A stretch of 59,235 nt of DNA from Eubacteriales bacterium (GTDB lineage Bacteria > Bacillota > Clostridia > Oscillospirales > QAKW01), in contig JAZKZG010000011.1 in assembly GCA_045612565.1 (NCBI GenBank), positions 1-59,235 of the forward strand. Direction: 5' to 3'. Every line of letters starts with the position of its first letter. Position 1 is the stretch's first letter. Made by a program: the position numbers and the translations under genes. This document shows positions 11,648 to 21,017 of the stretch, one piece after another. The notes below the pieces were generated by a model that worked only from the letters and a program-made list of their open reading frames with translations, did not search any database and was not told the origin of the DNA.

Positions 11648-11676
11648 ATCATAACACATATCAATGTAATTTTCAA
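11648..11676 (-). promoter_or_regulatory. sigma-A-type promoter of the moxR-DUF58-transglutaminase operon
   Basis: Minus strand reads TTGAAA, 17 nt, TATGAT, with an extended -10 TGt. Confidence 0.55.
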
Positions 11677-11677
11677 T

Positions 11678-11707
11678 AAAAAAAGACATCAGAAGATGTC
11701 TTTTTTT
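11678..11707 (-). terminator. intrinsic terminator ending the nrdR-hypothetical bicistron
   Basis: AAAAAAAGACATC-AGAA-GATGTCTTTTTTT, starting directly after the TAG at 11708. Confidence 0.8.
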
Positions 11708-12232
11708 CTATTTCATAATTATTGCGATAAGATCGGCACTATAACCGTCTTTAATTTCAACAAGCGATGCTTTTTTGGTTTGTAAATTAAACGAAAAATT
11801 CATTTCCAAATTAATTTTTTCATCCTCTTCAAGATCAGACTGATCATCTGCATTATATAGTTTTAAATAAATTTTATCTGTATCCAATTCATATAACTGA
11901 TTATTAAGAACAGAAAAATCAATACCTTCAGGTTCGTCAGTAAATTTTTTGGTTGATTTATATGGTGGTTTAAGTAAATCTTCGAGTGCACAGACAAAAT
12001 TATTACTCTGCTCACCTATAGACTCAAATACTAACCTCGAATTGTTTTTAACAAGTTTAATTGTTTTAAAAAGAGAACGTCGAACAATAATAGGCAATAC
12101 AACTCTTGCACCAACAGTTTTTTCGTTATATTGGGCACTGATTACAAACGAGTATTCTTCATCTGTACAGTTGACATCCGAAATATCAAAAAACATTTCT
12201 CCGTCATAATAATCATAAAATAAATTTGTCAT
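11708..12232 (-). CDS. hypothetical acidic soluble protein, no family recognised
   Basis: 174-aa ORF. GGAGA SD 6 nt upstream. Lies 13 nt downstream of nrdR and is followed by a terminator. Confidence 0.6.
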   Translation of the reverse strand: MTNLFYDYYDGEMFFDISDVNCTDEEYSFVISAQYNEKTVGARVVLPIIVRRSLFKTIKLVKNNSRLVFESIGEQSNNFVCALEDLLKPPYKSTKKFTDEPEGIDFSVLNNQLYELDTDKIYLKLYNADDQSDLEEDEKINLEMNFSFNLQTKKASLVEIKDGYSADLIAIIMK

Positions 12233-12245
12233 GCTAAGTCTCCGA

Positions 12246-12698
12246 TTATTTATTTAAAATTTTCAGCACTTCGTCATAAAGTGAGTTGATATCTTTAAAC
12301 TGTCTATGAACAGAGGCAAATCTTACATAAGCAACATCATCAAGATTTTTAAGATGTTCCATAACCAAATCACCAATAAAATCGGTTGTGATTTCTTTTG
12401 CAAGTGAATTTGCAATTGTAGTCTCTATCTCGTCGACAATTTTCTCCATTTTCTCGATTGAAACGGGTCTTTTTTCACAAGCTCTCATAAGACCTCGTAA
12501 AATTTTATCTCTGGAAAACTGTTCTCTGGTATCGTCTTTTTTTATAACATAAAGCGGAATCGTTTCAATCGCTTCAAATGTTGTAAATCTTTTTTGACAA
12601 CTAATACATTCACGTCTGCGACGGATTTTTGCACCGTCATCTGTAGGTCTTGAATCTATTACTTTGCTCTCGTCATATCCACAAAACGGACATTTCAT
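12246..12698 (-). CDS. nrdR: transcriptional repressor NrdR
   Basis: [18 protein letters not shown]...[12 protein letters not shown] zinc ribbon plus ATP-cone. Start set at ATG 12698 after GGAGGTG; the ORF-track extension to 12758 has no support. Confidence 0.92.
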   Translation of the reverse strand: MKCPFCGYDESKVIDSRPTDDGAKIRRRRECISCQKRFTTFEAIETIPLYVIKKDDTREQFSRDKILRGLMRACEKRPVSIEKMEKIVDEIETTIANSLAKEITTDFIGDLVMEHLKNLDDVAYVRFASVHRQFKDINSLYDEVLKILNK

Positions 12699-12773
12699 AG
12701 GAGCACCTCCTTTTTGAATATAAATATAATACCACGTATAATAAAAATTGTAAAGCAATAATTATATATGATA

Positions 12774-12802
12774 TTGACATTTTTTTGTAATTGCAATAAA
12801 AT
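12774..12802 (+). promoter_or_regulatory. sigma-A-type promoter for tRNA-Arg
   Basis: TTGACA, 17 nt, TAAAAT, ending 13 nt before the tRNA 5' end. Confidence 0.5.
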
Positions 12803-12815
12803 ATACTTTACTCAA

Positions 12816-12890
12816 GCCCTGATAGTTCAACGGATAGAATAAGGTCCTCCTAAGACTTAGATATCGGTTCGATTCCGGTTCGGGGTGCCA
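12816..12890 (+). tRNA. tRNA-Arg (anticodon CCT)
   Basis: Hand-folded cloverleaf. Acceptor GCCCTGA/TCGGGGT, anticodon stem AGGTC/GACTT with loop CTCCTAA, T-arm ATCGG-TTCGATT-CCGGT, encoded CCA. Confidence 0.85.
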
Positions 12891-12892
12891 AA

Positions 12893-12919
12893 AAGCCGCT
12901 TTTAAATAAGCGGTTTTTT
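12893..12919 (+). terminator. intrinsic terminator after tRNA-Arg
   Basis: AAGCCGCTT-TTAAAT-AAGCGGTTT hairpin followed by a T-tract. Confidence 0.75.
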
Positions 12920-13018
12920 AATTTTTTGACATAAATTTAATTATATGGCAGAAAAGTGACTTGAAAAATTTGAATTAATATAATATCATTTGATAAAATG
13001 AGAAAGGAAATTATCACT

Positions 13019-13798
13019 ATGGAAATGTTTTCATTAAAAAATAAAGTTGCTGTTATAAGTGGCGGTGCAGGCTTATACGGCAAACAGCTTGTTCGTGCAC
13101 TTGCCATGGGCGGCGCAAAAGTATATATGGCATCAAGAAATGTTGAAAAGAATAAAGAAGTTGCAGACTCCCTTTGTAAAGAAGGCTTTGATGTAACCGC
13201 TGCATATCTTGACCTCGCTGATGAAGACAGTATAATAAAACTCAAAGATGAGATTTATGCAAAAGAAGGAAAAGTAGATATTTTAGTAAACAACTCTGTT
13301 GCCCGTACAATGTCTGGTTATTCAGACACAAAAGAGTCATGGGAAAAAAGTATGACAATAAATTCAACTGGTTTATTCCTCATTACACGTGCATTTGGCA
13401 ATGAAATGTGTAAAGCAGGAAAAGGTTCGATAATAAACATTGGTTCATATATGGGTCTGCTTGGTCCCGATTACACACTTTATGAAGGTACAACTATGAA
13501 TCCCGACGGTGTAATGCCTGACTACTTTTTCCACAAAGGCGGTATGACAAACTATACACGTTATATTGCAAGTCATTACGGCAAATTCGGTGTTAGATGT
13601 AACGTGTTAGAACTTGGCGGTTTGTACAGCGAAAGTATGCCGGAAATTTTTGTTGAAAGATACGGCAAAGCAACTTGTCTTGGAAGACTTGCAAATGAAA
13701 ATGATATTATGGGTGCATTAATATTCTTAGCATCGGATGCATCAAATTACATAACAGGCGCAGTTATTCCTGTTGACGGCGGATATACTGCTAAATAA
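13019..13798 (+). CDS. SDR-family NAD(P)-dependent oxidoreductase
   Basis: Gly-rich motif VISGGAGLYG near the N-terminus and classical SDR length. Start set at ATG 13019 (AAAGGAAA SD) rather than 12998. Confidence 0.8.
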   Translation: MEMFSLKNKVAVISGGAGLYGKQLVRALAMGGAKVYMASRNVEKNKEVADSLCKEGFDVTAAYLDLADEDSIIKLKDEIYAKEGKVDILVNNSVARTMSGYSDTKESWEKSMTINSTGLFLITRAFGNEMCKAGKGSIINIGSYMGLLGPDYTLYEGTTMNPDGVMPDYFFHKGGMTNYTRYIASHYGKFGVRCNVLELGGLYSESMPEIFVERYGKATCLGRLANENDIMGALIFLASDASNYITGAVIPVDGGYTAK

Positions 13799-13814
13799 AG
13801 TGAGGTACATTTAG

Positions 13815-14741
13815 ATGAATTACACAGAAAAAAATAATATTAAAATTTCAAAAATGACACTCGGCACTGTGCAGCTCGGTATGAACTACGGCGTTAACAA
13901 CAGCCAAGGTATGCCAAGTGAAAAAGATAGTTTTGCTATTCTTGATGCTGCATATGAAGGCGGAGTATCAATACTTGATACATCAGATGACTATGGCAAA
14001 AGCGAAGAAGTTATCGGAAACTACTTAAAAGCAAACCCAAATAAGAAATTTGATATTTGTACAAAATTCAATGTTAAAAACACTCCTGCAAATGATGTCT
14101 ATAAAACTTTAAAAGAATTTGCACAAAAATCTTGCAAAAAACTTTGCATTGATACAATTCCAATTTTTATGAGTCATTCTGAAAATAACTATTTGGAATA
14201 TGGCAAAACTCTTGTCGATGCTCTTAATGAATTAAAAAAAGAGGGCATAATAGGTTGTTCTGCAATTTCAATGTCACGTAAAGATGACCTTGACAAAATT
14301 ATTGATTGCGGTGGTTTTGATGCAATCCAGTTACCGCTCAATATACTTGACAACAAAGCAATTATAAGCGGTCAGGTGAAGAAAATGTCAGATGCCGGAA
14401 TGGCTGTTTTTGTAAGAAGTGTTTATCTACAGGGTCTGTTTTTTAGAAAAATTGAACAACTTCAGTATTCAAAATTAAAATGCGCTATTCCTTACATTGA
14501 AAAAATAAACGAGATTGCAAAAAGTGAAAATATATCTGTTGCCCAACTTGCTTTATCTTACATACGCGATACTGTAGGTGTTGACTCTTTAGTCGTAGGC
14601 AGTGAAACTCCCGAACAGGTTAAACAAAACATTGAAATGTTTAATACCCCTACCCTATCACAAGATACAATTGATTATATCAACGAACAGTTTAAAGAAG
14701 TTGATCCGTTTGTAATTTCACCTTGGGAATGGGCAAAGTAA
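13815..14741 (+). CDS. aldo/keto reductase
   Basis: 308 aa with AKR-type sequence (LGTVQLGMNYG, DTSDDYGKSEE). GAGG SD. Confidence 0.8.
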   Translation: MNYTEKNNIKISKMTLGTVQLGMNYGVNNSQGMPSEKDSFAILDAAYEGGVSILDTSDDYGKSEEVIGNYLKANPNKKFDICTKFNVKNTPANDVYKTLKEFAQKSCKKLCIDTIPIFMSHSENNYLEYGKTLVDALNELKKEGIIGCSAISMSRKDDLDKIIDCGGFDAIQLPLNILDNKAIISGQVKKMSDAGMAVFVRSVYLQGLFFRKIEQLQYSKLKCAIPYIEKINEIAKSENISVAQLALSYIRDTVGVDSLVVGSETPEQVKQNIEMFNTPTLSQDTIDYINEQFKEVDPFVISPWEWAK

Positions 14742-14750
14742 TTATTAATT

Positions 14751-14781
14751 TGAGCAGACTTTCGAGTCTGCTCACTTTTTT
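14751..14781 (+). terminator. intrinsic terminator after the SDR/AKR pair
   Basis: TGAGCAGACT-TTCG-AGTCTGCTCA followed by CTTTTTT. Confidence 0.8.
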
Positions 14782-14792
14782 GTATAATTTTA

Positions 14793-14821
14793 TTTACAAT
14801 TTACAAACTGAATGATAGAAT
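14793..14821 (+). promoter_or_regulatory. sigma-A-type promoter of the aminopeptidase gene
   Basis: TTTACA, 17 nt, TAGAAT. Confidence 0.5.
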
Positions 14822-14845
14822 TATTAAAAACGGAGGAATGATAGA

Positions 14846-16069
14846 ATGCAAAAAAGAAAACTTCGTGCGTATGCACATTTAATTGCTAACAAAGGCATTA
14901 ATATTCAAAAAAAGCAACCTGTAATTATACAAGCCGAACTTGATCAACCCGAATTTATTGAAATGCTTGTTGACGAATGTTATAAAGCAGGTGCATCAAG
15001 AGTTGATGTTGAATGGTCACACTTACCCCTAGCAAAATTAAATACCCGTCACAAAACACTTAAGGAACTCTCAAGTGTTGCTGATTGGGAAATCGAGAGA
15101 ATGAAGCACTATGAAAACACACTACCTGCTCGAATTTATATCTTATCAGAAGATCCAGATGGTCTTTCAGGCATAAATATAGAAAAATTTTCAAAAGCTC
15201 AACAGGCAAAGCGTAAAATTTTCAAGCCATTCCGCGACAGAATGGATAACAAGTACCAATGGTGTATTGCCGCTGTTCCCGGTGCCAAATGGGCTAAAAA
15301 ACTTTTCCCGGATTTAAGCAAAAATCAGGCAATAGAAAAGTTATGGGAAGCAATATTAAAAGCGTCACGTGCCTATGACAATCCTGTAGAAGAATGGAAC
15401 AAACATAATGAAGATATTGCAAATAGATGCGAATATTTAAATTCGCTTAATTTAAGACAACTGAAGTATACTTCAAACAACGGTACAAATCTTACAGTTG
15501 GATTAATTCCGAATACAAATTTCTTAGGAGGTGGCGGTAAAACAATAAGCGGAATATTTTACAACGCCAACATCCCAAGTGAAGAAGTATTTATCTCTCC
15601 TATGAAAGGAGAAGCAGAAGGTATTGTTTATTCAACAAAACCTCTATCATACCAATCTCAGTTAATAGAAAACTTTAACGTTACTTTTAAAAATGGCAAA
15701 GTTGTTGAATATCACGCAGAAAAAAACGAAGAACTTTTAGGAAAACTTCTTTCGATGGATGAAAATGCAGGGTATTTGGGAGAATGTGCTCTTGTTCCTT
15801 ACAATTCACCCATAAATCAATCGGGAATTTTATTTTATAACACTCTGTTTGATGAAAACGCTGCTTGTCACCTTGCTTTTGGTGCAGGTTTTAATGATTG
15901 CATCAAAGGATATGAAAATATGACACACGAAGAATGCATAAAAGCCGGTGTAAACGACTCAATTGTTCACGAAGACTTTATGATCGGAAGCAAGGACTTA
16001 TCAATTGTAGGAATTGATAACAACGGTAAAGAAATCCAGATATTCAAAAACGGAAACTGGGCGTTTTAA
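14846..16069 (+). CDS. M29-family aminopeptidase (AmpS/PepS-like)
   Basis: 407 aa. N-terminus (LRAYAHLIANKGINIQKKQPVII) and overall pattern are typical of thermophilic-metalloprotease M29 aminopeptidases. GGAGGA SD. Confidence 0.8.
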   Translation: MQKRKLRAYAHLIANKGINIQKKQPVIIQAELDQPEFIEMLVDECYKAGASRVDVEWSHLPLAKLNTRHKTLKELSSVADWEIERMKHYENTLPARIYILSEDPDGLSGINIEKFSKAQQAKRKIFKPFRDRMDNKYQWCIAAVPGAKWAKKLFPDLSKNQAIEKLWEAILKASRAYDNPVEEWNKHNEDIANRCEYLNSLNLRQLKYTSNNGTNLTVGLIPNTNFLGGGGKTISGIFYNANIPSEEVFISPMKGEAEGIVYSTKPLSYQSQLIENFNVTFKNGKVVEYHAEKNEELLGKLLSMDENAGYLGECALVPYNSPINQSGILFYNTLFDENAACHLAFGAGFNDCIKGYENMTHEECIKAGVNDSIVHEDFMIGSKDLSIVGIDNNGKEIQIFKNGNWAF

Positions 16070-16073
16070 ATAG

Positions 16074-16102
16074 AAAAAGGCTATCTTTATGATAGCCTTT
16101 TT
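16074..16102. terminator. bidirectional terminator between the aminopeptidase gene and ddh
   Basis: AAAAGGCTATC-TTTAT-GATAGCCTTTT. Confidence 0.8.
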
Positions 16103-16156
16103 CTATTTGATAATCTATAATGATTTCGACAAACTCGTTTTCAGTTACACCTTAAA

Positions 16157-17140
16157 CTATAGAAGTGATTTTCGAAGTTCATCTGGAGTCATTTTTGAAA
16201 GGTATGAAGGTGCAATATCAAAAACTGTTTTACAGCCGCAAATATTTTCCTTTGACATTCTGTAAATTGCTCTTGCGTAAGCAACAAGAACAGATGATGT
16301 GAATTCAGGATTTGAATCAAGCTTTAATGAGTATTCAATAACGTGACTATTTTGCAAATCAATACCAGTTTTACCTGTTCTTATAACAAAACCTCCGTGC
16401 GGAAGAGTACTATGATTTTTTTTCATTTCCTCTGCAGAGATAAAGTGAACAACGGTATCATAATCAGCAAAATAATTTGGCATTGTGACGATTTCACGTT
16501 CGATTTGTTCCTTATCTGCGCCTTCTTCAGCAACAACAAAACATTCTCTTAAATGTTTTTGTCTTGTTGTAAGTTCAGGCATACTGCCACTACGTACACT
16601 ATCAAGCGCTTGCTGTATCGGGATTGTATATTGACGTGCATCAGCAACACCATCGATTCTTCTAATGGCATCGGAATGCCCCTGGCTTACACCTTTGCCC
16701 CAAAAAGTATAATCTTTTCCATCGGGTAAAATAGCCTCAGCATAAAGTCTGTTTATAGAAAACATACCAGGATCCCATCCACCTGATATCATTGCTATTT
16801 TACCGGATTTTTTTGCAGCGTAATCAACTCTTTCAAAATGTTCAGGAATTTTAGCATGGGTGTCAAAACTGTCTATAACATTGAAATTTTGTACAAGTGC
16901 GGGTGTTTGTACAGGAAGGTCGGTTGCACTTCCTCCGCAAATGATTAAAACATCAATATTATCTTTATGTTTTATAATATCGTCAATTTTATAAATATTT
17001 ACATTTGTCAGAGTATTTACAGATTTTGGATCACGTCTTGTAAACACTCCATAAAGTTCCATATCATCATTTTGCATTACAGCACACTCAACACCTCTGC
17101 CAAGATTACCATAACCTGCAACTGCAATTTTTATACTCAT
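16157..17140 (-). CDS. ddh: meso-diaminopimelate D-dehydrogenase
   Basis: 327 aa. MSIKIAVAGYGNLGRGVE N-terminal Rossmann motif and Ddh-like body. Confidence 0.85.
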   Translation of the reverse strand: MSIKIAVAGYGNLGRGVECAVMQNDDMELYGVFTRRDPKSVNTLTNVNIYKIDDIIKHKDNIDVLIICGGSATDLPVQTPALVQNFNVIDSFDTHAKIPEHFERVDYAAKKSGKIAMISGGWDPGMFSINRLYAEAILPDGKDYTFWGKGVSQGHSDAIRRIDGVADARQYTIPIQQALDSVRSGSMPELTTRQKHLRECFVVAEEGADKEQIEREIVTMPNYFADYDTVVHFISAEEMKKNHSTLPHGGFVIRTGKTGIDLQNSHVIEYSLKLDSNPEFTSSVLVAYARAIYRMSKENICGCKTVFDIAPSYLSKMTPDELRKSLL

Positions 17141-17153
17141 TATATCTTCCCTT

Positions 17154-17702
17154 TCATTTTTTTATTGATTGAGTATCAATAATATTTCCTTCAAAATCTT
17201 TCCAAGTTAAAACATTATTCTCAAAAACAATATATCCGTTTGCACTCTCTTCTTTTGGTATAGAAACCGAACCAGGATTGACGATTGTAAAATCATCAAT
17301 TTTTTTACAAACAGGAACATGTGTATGTCCATGTAATAAAATATCGTATTTTTTTAATTTAGGCAAATTATTTTCATTATAAATATGCCCATGTGTTGCC
17401 AAAATATCTGTACCGTCAATACTAATATAAGCATAATCAGCCAAAATAGCAAAATCCAAAACCATTTGGTCAACTTCAGTGTCACAATTCCCCCGTACGC
17501 AAAGAATATTGTCTTTAACTGAATTGAGCATTTCAATTACCGATTTAGGTGAATATTCTTTGGGCAAATCATTTCTCGGACCATGATAAAGCAGATCGCC
17601 GAGTAATAGTAATTTATCTGCATTTTCAATTTTGAAAGCATCAATCAATTTACGGCAAAAATAAGCCGAACCATGAATATCCGAAGCAATAAGTAATTTC
17701 AT
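17154..17702 (-). CDS. YfcE/MJ0936-family metallophosphoesterase
   Basis: 182 aa. Motifs SDIHGS, GDLLYHGPRN, GNCD and GHTH. Confidence 0.85.
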   Translation of the reverse strand: MKLLIASDIHGSAYFCRKLIDAFKIENADKLLLLGDLLYHGPRNDLPKEYSPKSVIEMLNSVKDNILCVRGNCDTEVDQMVLDFAILADYAYISIDGTDILATHGHIYNENNLPKLKKYDILLHGHTHVPVCKKIDDFTIVNPGSVSIPKEESANGYIVFENNVLTWKDFEGNIIDTQSIKK

Positions 17703-17722
17703 AAAATATAACTCCTTTTAAA

Positions 17723-19102
17723 TCAATCAACAATGTTTTTAATCCAAATACCATTTTCAACAAGAATCGCACCTGCAACATCTTTTATAATATTTAACAA
17801 TTGACAAATAAGATATACTGCAAAAATTGACAATGATGTAAAGTTACATAAAACATATGCAGTAGGCAGTGTTAAAAGCCAAACAAAACAACTGTCAAAC
17901 AAAATTGTAATAAATGTTTTTCCACCTGAGCGAAGTGTAAAATAAGATGCATGAGCAAAAGCATCCAACGGCATAGTCAATGCACATATTTGCATAAGAC
18001 GTGTTGCCATAATTCTTACTGAATCACTCGTATTATAGAATTGGGGGATAAAACTTGCGCTAAAGAAATACACAATTGAAACTATTGCACTCACAAACAC
18101 TGAAAAAGTAATTAATTTAAAACTCGCATCCTTTGCTTCTTCGTTTTTGTTAGCTCCAAGCATTTGCCCCAATATTATGGCTATCGCTGCACCTATAGCC
18201 ATAAATGCAACGCCGAATACATTAAAAAACGTCTGGTTAATATTGTTTGCAGAAACAACATCATAACCTTTTGTTGAATAGCATTGATTAACAACTGCAA
18301 CCCCTGCTGCCCACATTGTTTCATTAAACAAAAGCGGAAAACCCTTTACGGTAATTTGTTTAATTAGAGTTTTTGGGATTTTAAAACTTTTAAATGCGCC
18401 TATAATAAATTTGTTTTTATCGCTATTACAGTGTGTCCAAAGTGAAACAAATAACAGTTCTATAAAACGTGAAATAACTGTAGCAATAGCCGCGCCGGCA
18501 ACGCCAAGTTTTGGTGCGCCAAATTTACCAAAAATCAGAATATAATTTAAAACAAGATTGACAAATACAGCGCTAACACCCGCAATCATAGGGACAGTAG
18601 CCTGGCCTGTTTCACGAAGTGTACCTGAATAACATTGTGACAAAGTGTAAGGCAAAAGTCCAATGAACATTATAAGCATATACTGTTTTGCAACAGCAAG
18701 TGATGCCGCAACATCCTGAGGGCTCCCCTCTCCTGTCAAATATAATGATGTAAGTTGATCTCCAAAAAAATATAATATTGAAATACCAACAGTTGTTATT
18801 AAAAGACAAATCAGAATTTTAAAGCGGAAGGTGTCCCTTACACCTTTGTGATCACCTTTGCCAAAAAACTGTGCGCCAAAAATACTTGCACCTGAAACTG
18901 CTCCGAAAATACACAAATTAAAAACAAATATCAACTGATTTGCAATTGCAACACCCGTCATTTCAACTGTGCCGACACTTCCAACCATAACATTATCGAG
19001 CATATTGACAAAATTTGTTATACCATTTTGTATCATGATCGGTATAGCAAGTGAAAGAAGCGTTTTATAAAACGCCTTATTACCTACAAACTTTTTTATC
19101 AT
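17723..19102 (-). CDS. MATE-family efflux transporter
   Basis: 459 aa, 12-TM. N-terminal LLSLAIPIMIQNGITNFVNMLDNVMVG is typical of MATE/NorM. AGGTGG SD. Confidence 0.85.
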   Translation of the reverse strand: MIKKFVGNKAFYKTLLSLAIPIMIQNGITNFVNMLDNVMVGSVGTVEMTGVAIANQLIFVFNLCIFGAVSGASIFGAQFFGKGDHKGVRDTFRFKILICLLITTVGISILYFFGDQLTSLYLTGEGSPQDVAASLAVAKQYMLIMFIGLLPYTLSQCYSGTLRETGQATVPMIAGVSAVFVNLVLNYILIFGKFGAPKLGVAGAAIATVISRFIELLFVSLWTHCNSDKNKFIIGAFKSFKIPKTLIKQITVKGFPLLFNETMWAAGVAVVNQCYSTKGYDVVSANNINQTFFNVFGVAFMAIGAAIAIILGQMLGANKNEEAKDASFKLITFSVFVSAIVSIVYFFSASFIPQFYNTSDSVRIMATRLMQICALTMPLDAFAHASYFTLRSGGKTFITILFDSCFVWLLTLPTAYVLCNFTSLSIFAVYLICQLLNIIKDVAGAILVENGIWIKNIVD

Positions 19103-19133
19103 AATCCACCTAAATAATTATTTTATCTATATG

Positions 19134-19162
19134 ATTTTATAAGATTGTTAATATATTGTCAA
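19134..19162 (-). promoter_or_regulatory. sigma-A-type promoter of the MATE-yfcE-ddh unit
   Basis: Minus strand reads TTGACA, 17 nt, TAAAAT. Confidence 0.55.
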
Positions 19163-19165
19163 TAG

Positions 19166-19197
19166 AAAAAGACTTATGAAAATCATAAGTCTTTTTT
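19166..19197 (-). terminator. intrinsic terminator after glmS
   Basis: AAGACTTATGA-AAA-TCATAAGTCTT flanked by A and T tracts. Confidence 0.8.
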
Positions 19198-19202
19198 CTT
19201 TT

Positions 19203-21014
19203 TTATTCAACTGTAACCGATTTTGCAAGATTTCTTGGATGATCAATATCGCAATTTCGACAAAGTGCAACATAATAGGCTAACAATTGCGAAAACACAG
19301 CCGAGAGAATTGGTGATGAATATTCAGTTGATTGAGGTAAAACAAACGAAATATCGCTGTATTCTCTATGATCCGAAAAAGTTTCTTTACAAAGAAGTAT
19401 TACCTTACCTCCACGCGCTGATACTTCCTTAATATTACCGATCATTTTCTCATAATACTTCTCATCAGTACAAATCGCAATAACGGGTGTATCTTTTTCA
19501 ATAAGTGATAAAGTTCCATGCTTTAATTCACCCGCTGCATAACTCTCACTATGAATATACGAAATTTCCTTTAGTTTTAAGGAACTCTCTACAGATGCAC
19601 AAAAATCAATGCCTCTGCCAATAAAATATAAATCATCATTTTTGTATATTTCCTTGGCAATATTATTAATTTCTTCACTTTTTAAAAGAATTTGTTCTAT
19701 AAGTTTCGGAACATCATTTAATAACGCCATACAATAATTTTTTGCTGTATGTTGATTGATTCTTTCTTTTTCCAATCCAATAGCCACAGCCAAGACAGAC
19801 AAAACTGCAAGTTGTGTAGTGTAGCCTTTAGTTGTTGCAACCGCGATTTCAGGACCTGCATTTGTATAAATAACATAATCCGCTTCCCTTGCAATAGCAG
19901 ATCCAACAGTATTTATTATTCCCAATGATAAATTCCCCGATTTTTTTGAAACCCTGAGTGCAGCAAGGGTATCCGCTGTTTCACCTGACTGTGAAATAGG
20001 AATACAAAGTGTGTTTCCAACTGTTACAGGTGGGCTGTATCGATACTCCGATGCCGTAGTGACAAAAACAGGAACATTTGCAAGTTTTTCAATCAGATAT
20101 TTACCAACAAGTCCCGCGTGAGTTGCCGAACCACAGGCTATAATTGAAATGCTATCAATGCTTTTTAAATCTATATTTTCAATACTCGGTAAATCATTCT
20201 TTAAAAGTGGTTTGATAGCATTATATATTGCTGTTGGTTGTTCAAAAATTTCTTTTAACATAAAATGTTCAAATCCGTTTTTTTGTGCTTTTTCAACGTT
20301 CCAATTGATATTTTCTGATTGTCGGATTATTTCATTTTTATTTTTATCAAATATTTTTATATCTGATTTTGTAAGTTCAATTATTTCATCATCGGCAGGT
20401 CTTATAATTTGATTTGTATACTCTAAAAGAGCGGGTATATCCGACGCAAGATAACAACCGTCTTTACACTTTGCAACAATAAGCGGATTATCCTTTCTTA
20501 TTGCCCAAATTTTGTCCGGCTGATCTTTAAACATAACAGCAACAGCATATGAACCTTTTAATTGATTTGATGCATTTTTTATTGATAAAAAAACATCAGA
20601 AGTCTTTTTATACTCAAAATCAATCAAATGAGCAATACATTCTGTATCGGTATCGCTTTTAAAATGATAATTGTATTCCAAAAGCATATTTTTTATATCT
20701 AAATAATTTTCTATAATTCCATTGTGCACAACAACACAATTATTTGAAACGTGAGGATGTGCATTTTCCAAAGACGGTTTACCGTGTGTTGCCCACCTGG
20801 TATGACCTATCCCACAATTATAGTTATTATCAATGTTTTTGGAAATGTTTTGAAGCTCTAACACCCTTCCATTGCATTTAAAAGTGGTAAAATCTCCGTT
20901 TTTAAAAAGCGAAAATCCAGCCGAATCATATCCGCGATATTCAAGAGAAAAAAGACCGTTTAAAATTATATCTTTAGCCGAATTATTTCCTGTATATCCG
21001 ATTATTCCACACAT
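19203..21014 (-). CDS. glmS: glutamine--fructose-6-phosphate aminotransferase
   Basis: 603 aa. MCGIIGY Ntn-amidotransferase N-terminus, two SIS domains, C-terminal ...AKSVTVE. ATG lies 3 nt after the upstream TGA. Confidence 0.95.
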   Translation of the reverse strand: MCGIIGYTGNNSAKDIILNGLFSLEYRGYDSAGFSLFKNGDFTTFKCNGRVLELQNISKNIDNNYNCGIGHTRWATHGKPSLENAHPHVSNNCVVVHNGIIENYLDIKNMLLEYNYHFKSDTDTECIAHLIDFEYKKTSDVFLSIKNASNQLKGSYAVAVMFKDQPDKIWAIRKDNPLIVAKCKDGCYLASDIPALLEYTNQIIRPADDEIIELTKSDIKIFDKNKNEIIRQSENINWNVEKAQKNGFEHFMLKEIFEQPTAIYNAIKPLLKNDLPSIENIDLKSIDSISIIACGSATHAGLVGKYLIEKLANVPVFVTTASEYRYSPPVTVGNTLCIPISQSGETADTLAALRVSKKSGNLSLGIINTVGSAIAREADYVIYTNAGPEIAVATTKGYTTQLAVLSVLAVAIGLEKERINQHTAKNYCMALLNDVPKLIEQILLKSEEINNIAKEIYKNDDLYFIGRGIDFCASVESSLKLKEISYIHSESYAAGELKHGTLSLIEKDTPVIAICTDEKYYEKMIGNIKEVSARGGKVILLCKETFSDHREYSDISFVLPQSTEYSSPILSAVFSQLLAYYVALCRNCDIDHPRNLAKSVTVE

Positions 21015-21017
21015 TTT

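Noticed and set aside
11618-11689. ORF-track N-terminal extension of MoxR
   Set aside because: The extension covers a sigma-A promoter and the stem of the upstream terminator. An internal ATG at 11617 has an SD.
12699-12758. ORF-track N-terminal extension of NrdR
   Set aside because: NrdR proteins start at the MKCPFC zinc ribbon, and GGAGGTG precedes ATG 12698.
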